From NCBI RefSeq assembly GCF_003334815.1, contig NZ_QOWO01000096.1: 1,702 nucleotides of DNA; one strand, written 5' to 3'. The notes under the pieces were generated by a model. The model did not search any database. It was not told the DNA's origin and worked only from the letters and a program-made list of their open reading frames with translations. Source of the stretch: Escherichia coli. GTDB taxonomy: Bacteria; Pseudomonadota; Gammaproteobacteria; Enterobacterales; Enterobacteriaceae. A program made the position numbers and the translations under genes. The first letter of the stretch is position 1; each line of letters starts with the position of its first letter. Positions 1 through 1,702 of this stretch are shown in pieces.

Positions 1-2
1 AC

Positions 3-15
3 TGCTCTTTAACAA
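3..15 (+). promoter_or_regulatory. boxA antitermination element of the rrn leader (Nus factor / S10 binding site on the nascent transcript)
   Basis: Seen in sequence: tgctctttaacaa at 3-15 is the canonical rrn boxA (TGCTCTTTAACAA). Established knowledge: boxA nucleates the NusB/NusE antitermination complex in rRNA operons. Its position about 130-145 nt upstream of the 16S 5' end fits E. coli rrn leaders. Confidence 0.85.
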
Positions 16-20
16 TTTAT

Positions 21-45
21 CAGACAATCTGTGTGGGCACTCGAA
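21..45 (+). promoter_or_regulatory. Probable boxC (tgtgtggg, 30-37) and 5' strand of the long-range RNase III processing stem that brackets 16S
   Basis: Seen in sequence: GT-rich motif tgtgtggg at 30-37. Established knowledge: in E. coli, RNase III cuts the 16S precursor about 115 nt upstream of the mature 5' end, which maps to about position 32 here, inside a stem formed with spacer sequence 3' of 16S. From memory, the rrnB spacer contains …cacacagattgtctg…, complementary to 21-35 (cagacaatctgtgtg). That partner lies beyond position 1702, so the pairing cannot be confirmed in this window. Confidence 0.5.
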
Positions 46-146
46 GATACGGATTCTTAACGTCGCAAGACGAAAAATGAATACCAAGTCTCAAGAGTGA
101 ACACGTAATTCATTACGAAGTTTAATTCTTTGAGCATCAAACTTTT

Positions 147-1688
<1,542 letters not shown>

Positions 1689-1702
1689 CCTTAAAGAAGC
1701 GT
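1689..1702 (+). other. Start of the 16S-23S internal transcribed spacer, truncated by the window end
   Basis: Seen in sequence: ccttaaagaagcgt directly follows the 16S 3' terminus and is how I recall E. coli rrn spacers beginning. The spacer tRNA (Glu, or Ile+Ala) lies beyond the window, so the specific operon copy cannot be assigned. Confidence 0.8.

Larger units (their letters stand above)
1..146 (+). other. rrn operon leader (5' external transcribed spacer), truncated at its 5' end by the window; promoters P1/P2 are not in the window
   Basis: Seen in sequence: non-coding AT-rich segment immediately upstream of the 16S mature 5' end, containing the boxA motif. It matches my recollection of the E. 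coli rrn leader (…TGCTCTTTAACAATTTATCAGACAATCTGTGTGGGCACTCGAAGATACGG…). No -35/-10 promoter can be placed because the window begins inside the transcribed leader. Confidence 0.85.

Overview
This window is an ordinary core ribosomal RNA locus, not a novel system. It holds 146 bp of rrn operon leader (5' external transcribed spacer), a complete 1542-nt 16S rRNA gene on the + strand (147-1688), and the first 14 bp of the 16S-23S spacer. The 16S sequence is of the Escherichia/Shigella type; from memory it matches E. coli K-12 16S with no indels, but I could not run a search. The leader carries the boxA antitermination element and a likely boxC / RNase III stem strand. The P1/P2 promoters and boxB lie upstream of the window, and the spacer tRNA(s) and 23S lie downstream. 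All three ORFs in the six-frame track fall inside the rRNA gene and are rejected as translation artefacts. The only feature not explained by standard annotation is an exact 14-nt direct repeat shared by the leader and the 16S V2 region; it is a modest curiosity.
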